DNA of 64,000 nucleotides from Phormidium lacuna HE10JO (GTDB lineage Bacteria; Cyanobacteriota; Cyanobacteriia; Cyanobacteriales; JAAUUE01): NCBI GenBank assembly GCA_943370025.1, contig CALRPI020000022.1, positions 226 to 64,225 of the forward strand, read 5' to 3'. Shown piece by piece: positions 59,168 to 64,000 of this stretch (position 1 is its first letter; each line of letters starts with the position of its first letter). The notes under the pieces were generated by a model. It saw only the letters and a program-made list of their open reading frames with translations, ran no database searches and was not told where the DNA came from. The position numbers and the translations under genes were made by a program.

Positions 59168-60961
59168 ATGAGCGATCGCCCGGTTAAATTAATCTTAGTT
59201 GATGAAGACTCTCTCTGGAGGTTGGGTTTACAGACTGCTTTGATCAGAGGAGATGGCTTACAAGATAATCTCCAACGTAATCTCCAAAATAACCAACCAG
59301 ATCAACTACAGATTATTGCTGAGGCGGCTCAGTTAGAAGAGATTCTGGTTTTAGAGCTAACGTCTATCCCCGATGTCTTGATTTTGGGGGTGACGGATAA
59401 TTTCCTAGATCGGCTTTGGCAACCTTGTCAGCAAATACAGCAGAAATTTCCCCAGATCAACATCCTCTTGTTATCTATTTTCTTAACTCCAGAGGAGTTG
59501 TCCCAAGTCAGAGCTAGGGGAATTAAGGGTTATTGTTTGCGGACAGAGGCGATCGCGACGATTCTAACGGCAATCGATCAAGTTGCCCAAGGGAAATATT
59601 TCTGGAGTGATGTTTGCAGTACTGAATTAGTAGAACCAGCTCCAACAAAGACCAATCTCACCCCACCCCCTAATCCCACTTTCTTATACTCTCAAGCAAT
59701 GACTGGAGTGAGCCAGATTGATCGGGAACTAGCAAAAATCAATAGCTATCTCCAGCAATCTCAAATATCGAATATTAATTGGTTATTCTGGACAGGTAGA
59801 AGGCGTGAATTACACACAGCCCGTTGGTTGATCAATCAACTTCTGCCCATTGACACAACTGATTATTTCCGCAATATTCCTGTTAATGAAATAGCTTTAG
59901 ACAAAGATAATAACAACAGCTATTTTTCCGATCCTTCTAGCAATCTCGTGTTGTCGGAAGCAATTGATCAAGCCGCTAGTCAATCGATAGTTACTAGCAG
60001 TATAGGAGTGAGGATTTATGAGCTTGTCCAATTGCAGTTAGGCAATGATTTAGTTAATCTGACCAGTAATACTTTAGAAGTTGATATATTATCTCCTACG
60101 AAGAAAAAAGATTTACTATCCTTAGTGCTGCAAGGGTTTATAACTCTTTGTGAAAATCTGTCATTATCTCAGGCAGATCAAGAATATATTACGATCAAGA
60201 AGAACGAGCTACTCCAAGATTTACTCGCAACAACTATCACTGATTTTTTCGGCAAGTATTCTAGTTTGAGAATTGGTGGAGAAGAACAAGAGATAGTGCC
60301 TATTTTATTATCAGACATGCCAATTATCCGTGAGGAGATTCTCGAGAAAATTCCTTTTGTGGAAGAATTATTATCACAAATTCTATTTGGTACTAGTTTA
60401 ACTATTGATGATGGTGTCTATTCGGCAACAAGTGGGGAGGCGATCGCTAGAGCTGAGTTGATTCTGGAAAACTTAATTATTCAAGTTGCCAATGCCGTAA
60501 TTCAACCTTTGCTGAATCGGTTTTCAGAAGTAGAAACCCTCAAACTAGCCTTTTATGATCAACAATTACTTTCGGCTAGAGACATCACCAAATTTCGCAA
60601 CGATCTCTCATGGAAATATCGACTAGATAATTATTTTTATGAGCCGAAATTAATCTTTGAAAGTTGCCATCGACTTTATGTTTTTAGCGAACTAGGAATT
60701 AGAACCACTAATATTTATGCTCCCCGGACTCTGGAATTACAATCTTTAACCGGAGTTCGCTATTTTGTCACCCTCTGGTTGGAGTTTAAGGATGCGATCG
60801 CTCCCCGTCTAAAAACCATAACTAGCTTTATCGGGCAAGGCTTAGTCTATGTCCTGACTCAAATCATCGGGCGAGGCATCGGTTTAGTGGGCAAGGGAAT
60901 TTTGCAAGGAATTGGCAATTCTCTTCAGGAAGCAAGGGTGGGCAGGGGTGTTAGAAAATAG
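59168..60961 (+). CDS. Cyanobacterial protein with an N-terminal receiver-like domain and a DUF3685-like C-terminal region
   Basis: 597 aa. The KLILVDEDSLWRLGL start is receiver-like. The long C-terminal region resembles DUF3685 proteins as I remember them. Confidence 0.6.
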   Translation: MSDRPVKLILVDEDSLWRLGLQTALIRGDGLQDNLQRNLQNNQPDQLQIIAEAAQLEEILVLELTSIPDVLILGVTDNFLDRLWQPCQQIQQKFPQINILLLSIFLTPEELSQVRARGIKGYCLRTEAIATILTAIDQVAQGKYFWSDVCSTELVEPAPTKTNLTPPPNPTFLYSQAMTGVSQIDRELAKINSYLQQSQISNINWLFWTGRRRELHTARWLINQLLPIDTTDYFRNIPVNEIALDKDNNNSYFSDPSSNLVLSEAIDQAASQSIVTSSIGVRIYELVQLQLGNDLVNLTSNTLEVDILSPTKKKDLLSLVLQGFITLCENLSLSQADQEYITIKKNELLQDLLATTITDFFGKYSSLRIGGEEQEIVPILLSDMPIIREEILEKIPFVEELLSQILFGTSLTIDDGVYSATSGEAIARAELILENLIIQVANAVIQPLLNRFSEVETLKLAFYDQQLLSARDITKFRNDLSWKYRLDNYFYEPKLIFESCHRLYVFSELGIRTTNIYAPRTLELQSLTGVRYFVTLWLEFKDAIAPRLKTITSFIGQGLVYVLTQIIGRGIGLVGKGILQGIGNSLQEARVGRGVRK

Positions 60962-61046
60962 CTTTTAAGTTTTGTTCTGTATGAGATGATGAAGCTGTAA
61001 CATTTCCCAATTGATAATCCTTCACCTCAGCCGTAAGCATAAACCC

Positions 61047-62363
61047 ATGACTCAACCCAAAATAATTGTTCTTGATGATGATCCGACGGGTTCCCAGACC
61101 GTGCATAGCTGTCTATTGCTGACTAAATGGGATGTAGCTACCCTGAAACTGGGATTATTAGATGCAGCCCCCATATTTTTTGTCTTGACCAATACGCGGG
61201 CGATGACTCCTGAACAAGCAGCAGATATTACGCGGGAAGTTTGTCAGAATTTGAAAATTGCCCTAGCAGAAACGAAGGTGGAAGATTTTGTGGTGGTGAG
61301 TCGATCGGACTCCACGCTGCGGGGGCATTATCCCGTCGAAACCGATGTGATTGCCGCAGAATTGGGCGGCTTTGATGCCCATTTCCTAGTTCCTGCTTTC
61401 TTTGAAGGGGGCAGATTTACCCGTGATAGCATTCATTACCTAGTAGTTAACGGTGTGCCAACTCCGGTGCATGAGACGGAATTTGCTAAGGATTCAGTTT
61501 TTGGCTACAGCTATAGCTATTTGCCTGATTATGTCGCCGAAAAAACCAAGGGGAAGATTTCTCGCGATCGCGTTAGCAGATTTCTATTAACCGACCTGCG
61601 CCAAGGCATCCAAGCCAGACTTCAGGAACTATCGGGAAACCAATGTTGTGTGGTGGATGCGGAAACCCAAGCCGATTTAGATCAATTTGCCCACGATATC
61701 TTAGCGGTTGCCGCCACGGGCAAGAAATTCCTGTTTCGCAGTGCTGCTAGTCTGCTGACCTCCTTGGCGGATCTACCACCTCAACCGGTAGCGATCGATC
61801 GGATGTTTGAATATGTCAAAAACGGCAAACCGGGGGCGGTGATCGTCGGCTCCCATGTCAAGAAAACTACGGAACAACTAGAAAATCTCCTCCAAGTATC
61901 AGGAGTAGCTGGAGTTGAGATTGATGTGTCCCGTTTATTAGAGGAATCAGCCACGGCAAGGGCAGATTTGTTAGCAGAAATCTTGGCGAAAGTGGCGGCA
62001 ATTCATCAAGGTGGGCAAACCCCGGTCGTGTATACCAGCCGTCAAGAATTAAGTTTTGCTGATGTAGAAACTAGATTAAAGTTTGGAGTGGCAGTTTCTA
62101 GCTTGCTGATGGATGTTGTCCAAGGATTGCCAGAAGATATAGGTTTTTTAATTAGTAAGGGCGGAATTACTTCCAATGATGTTTTGAGTACAGGGCTAGC
62201 CATCACAGCGGCGAGGATTGTGGGGCAAATTCTGGCGGGTTGTTCGATCGTCCTCACTCCCCCAGATCATCCCCGATTTCCTAATTTACCCGTGGTGCTT
62301 TTCCCCGGCAATGTGGGAGATGCTATGGGTTTAGCTACGGTATATCAACGATTGAGTAATTAA
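61047..62363 (+). CDS. Four-carbon acid sugar kinase family protein (DUF1537-type)
   Basis: KIIVLDDDPTGSQTVH at the N-terminus and a C-terminal nucleotide-binding half (ISKGGITSNDV). The ATG at 61047 is preferred over the TTG at 61011. Confidence 0.6.
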   Translation: MTQPKIIVLDDDPTGSQTVHSCLLLTKWDVATLKLGLLDAAPIFFVLTNTRAMTPEQAADITREVCQNLKIALAETKVEDFVVVSRSDSTLRGHYPVETDVIAAELGGFDAHFLVPAFFEGGRFTRDSIHYLVVNGVPTPVHETEFAKDSVFGYSYSYLPDYVAEKTKGKISRDRVSRFLLTDLRQGIQARLQELSGNQCCVVDAETQADLDQFAHDILAVAATGKKFLFRSAASLLTSLADLPPQPVAIDRMFEYVKNGKPGAVIVGSHVKKTTEQLENLLQVSGVAGVEIDVSRLLEESATARADLLAEILAKVAAIHQGGQTPVVYTSRQELSFADVETRLKFGVAVSSLLMDVVQGLPEDIGFLISKGGITSNDVLSTGLAITAARIVGQILAGCSIVLTPPDHPRFPNLPVVLFPGNVGDAMGLATVYQRLSN

Positions 62364-62523
62364 TTTTGCCTAGGTTTTAGGTTTTGTCAGTTCTCCTGAT
62401 AATCTATCCCTTTTGAGTGCTTGATCCTACCTAGATTTTGTCAGATATCCAGATCACCTATCTCCAAGGAATCAGGAAGCCAGGGCTGTACCGACGAAGC
62501 GGTACAGCGACTGGTAGTTCAAT

Positions 62524-63759
62524 CTAGCCTTGATTCCGAAATTTACTTGCCAAGGAGAGAATACTAGTCCAACGTTTTTGGAGTTGTTTGGCAGTGTAGC
62601 CCAGGAGCTTGCAGATTTGGTCATCAGGGTATTGAGATTGTTTGAGTTCTAAGAGTTGTTGTTGTTCTAGGGTCAGGGTGGTGAAAAATACCTGCCACTG
62701 CTGGGCGGTCATGCCTAGCTTTTGGTCTAAGTCAGCACCTAGCCATTGATGAACTAGTTCCCAGTTAGAGGTATGGGCAAATTTTTCCACATGGTACTTA
62801 AACCGTTGTTGGAGGTAATCCCGTTGTCTGGGGGTGAGACGAAGCACCTCATCAATTTCGGCGGCAGAGAGATCCGAAAGTTTCAGAGTTAGGTAATCCA
62901 CGCACTCAGATTGCCCTTGGTCTTCTAGGTATTTAATCAGTTCCGAGATCACCCGATCGCGCAACACCGACTCTGCAGGGTCGATCGACTCAGAGACTAA
63001 ATGCGATCGCAATTGCTGCATCACCGCCGATCGAGAATGATTGATACCTTCTTCAGTTTTTTGGGTTTCTACGGCTGCTTCAATATCCACCGAGGTTTCC
63101 GCCGGCTGCCGCTTGGCAAAACTTTGGGCGCGGAGAATAATTAACTGCTGGCTAAAGCCATTAAAGAGATTAATCCGGCGCTTGGCGTACTGCTCAGTAA
63201 AAGCCATGTACTCAGAAAGTTCTAGCTGAGTTCGGGGTTGGTAATCACTGGGGAGTTCGTTTTCCCGGCGGAAGGCTTTGATCGATTCCACGTAGAAATC
63301 TTGGAGAAAGTCTTCAATCAGGTTATAGCGAGCAGAGAAGTTTAATTGAGCTTGAGCCGGAGCGATGTGCCGATACACCATGACGCTCAAGTTGCTATGG
63401 AGTTCTTTGCGCCCCTGTCTAGAACCTAGTTGGTAGTACTGGAGGCACTTTTCTAGACGATGACGACCAAGGCTGATTTGCCAAGTATAGACATCTCCAG
63501 TGGCTTGGATGCGATCGCTCTTGCGACAAATCCGCTCTACTTCCGCAGCCATCCGTTGAGCTACGTCTAAGACTCGACTAGATTTGATGCTGACTTGGGA
63601 GAGCAATTCGGCTAAGAGAAAATCAACTAGGGCTGTTTGCTCCGGGTTAGTGGCAAAATCAGCAGTAGATATATAAGTGGTAACGGTTTCTTGGGTAGAA
63701 TTAGCGGTTTGAGTTTGTACATTCATGGTATTGCCCCTTAGAAAATCTGGAAGTTTCAT
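62524..63759 (-). CDS. hetZ: HetZ or HetZ-related protein (filament developmental regulator family)
   Basis: RICRKSDRIQATGDVYTWQISLGRHRLEKCLQYYQLGSRQGRKELHS, LIILRAQSF and LTPRQRDYLQQRFKYH match my recollection of Anabaena HetZ. The start may be the ATG at 63726. Confidence 0.65.
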   Translation of the reverse strand: MKLPDFLRGNTMNVQTQTANSTQETVTTYISTADFATNPEQTALVDFLLAELLSQVSIKSSRVLDVAQRMAAEVERICRKSDRIQATGDVYTWQISLGRHRLEKCLQYYQLGSRQGRKELHSNLSVMVYRHIAPAQAQLNFSARYNLIEDFLQDFYVESIKAFRRENELPSDYQPRTQLELSEYMAFTEQYAKRRINLFNGFSQQLIILRAQSFAKRQPAETSVDIEAAVETQKTEEGINHSRSAVMQQLRSHLVSESIDPAESVLRDRVISELIKYLEDQGQSECVDYLTLKLSDLSAAEIDEVLRLTPRQRDYLQQRFKYHVEKFAHTSNWELVHQWLGADLDQKLGMTAQQWQVFFTTLTLEQQQLLELKQSQYPDDQICKLLGYTAKQLQKRWTSILSLASKFRNQG

Positions 63760-64000
63760 TCACAATGACTTTGGGAGTAACTGTGATGCGGTTGGTAGGT
63801 GGTCAGTTGATAAATCCTCGCTGACCACACTATGAATGTATCCTCCCCAGATTGGAGGCAGGGGTGCAATTGTGGCACTCTTTATAGCTCCCTAAGGCAG
63901 CCAACTGGCACAGAACAAATTCTTGGGGATTTAATTTAGCCCTGATCCCTATGTAGTCAAGCATTCAGTAGATTAATCCCTCCTTGAAACCTGTTAGCTA

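Overview
Cyanobacterial chromosomal DNA. The HIP1 octamer GCGATCGC is frequent, and photosynthesis and filament genes are present (psaK, ccmO, aar, hetZ-like, hps-like exopolysaccharide genes), which suggests a filamentous Oscillatoriales/Nostocales-type organism. All calls come from reading the supplied translations and DNA by eye; no searches were run. The backbone is housekeeping: metH, asnS, valS, secDF, gmd/fcl and two ABC exporters. Four small accessory islets interrupt it. (1) 3.7-8.7 kb holds a Bell-like small membrane protein and a 1217-aa STAND NTPase with 14 WD40 repeats. The two proteins share a ~25-residue N/Q/S/T/G-rich terminal motif, the signature of amyloid-templated NLR signalling. 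The islet is bracketed by two copies of a 72-bp inverted-repeat element, and I found no HIP1 site inside the STAND gene. (2) 34.8-35.4 kb holds a decayed DUF433/DUF5615 toxin-antitoxin pair. (3) 40.8-44.2 kb holds an MmeI-family methyltransferase whose nuclease core appears deleted, leaving a 49-codon N-terminal remnant, plus an intact DUF433/DUF5615 pair. (4) 51.2-54.4 kb holds a RelE/ParE module and a divergent pair of a CxxxCxxC radical-SAM enzyme and an AT-rich TcmP-like protein, separated by a direct-repeat-rich promoter region. I consider this pair the best candidate for an uncharacterised DNA-modification or defence module. Also notable: a 1642-aa protein fusing a two-partner-secretion domain to a CHAT caspase-like domain, next to a CHASE2 adenylate/guanylate cyclase with no TpsB transporter in the window; a ValRS with a ~100-aa hydrophobic insertion; aar without an adjacent ado; and several families of hairpin/MITE-like repeats. 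I recognised no rRNA, tRNA, CRISPR array, transposase or integrase.
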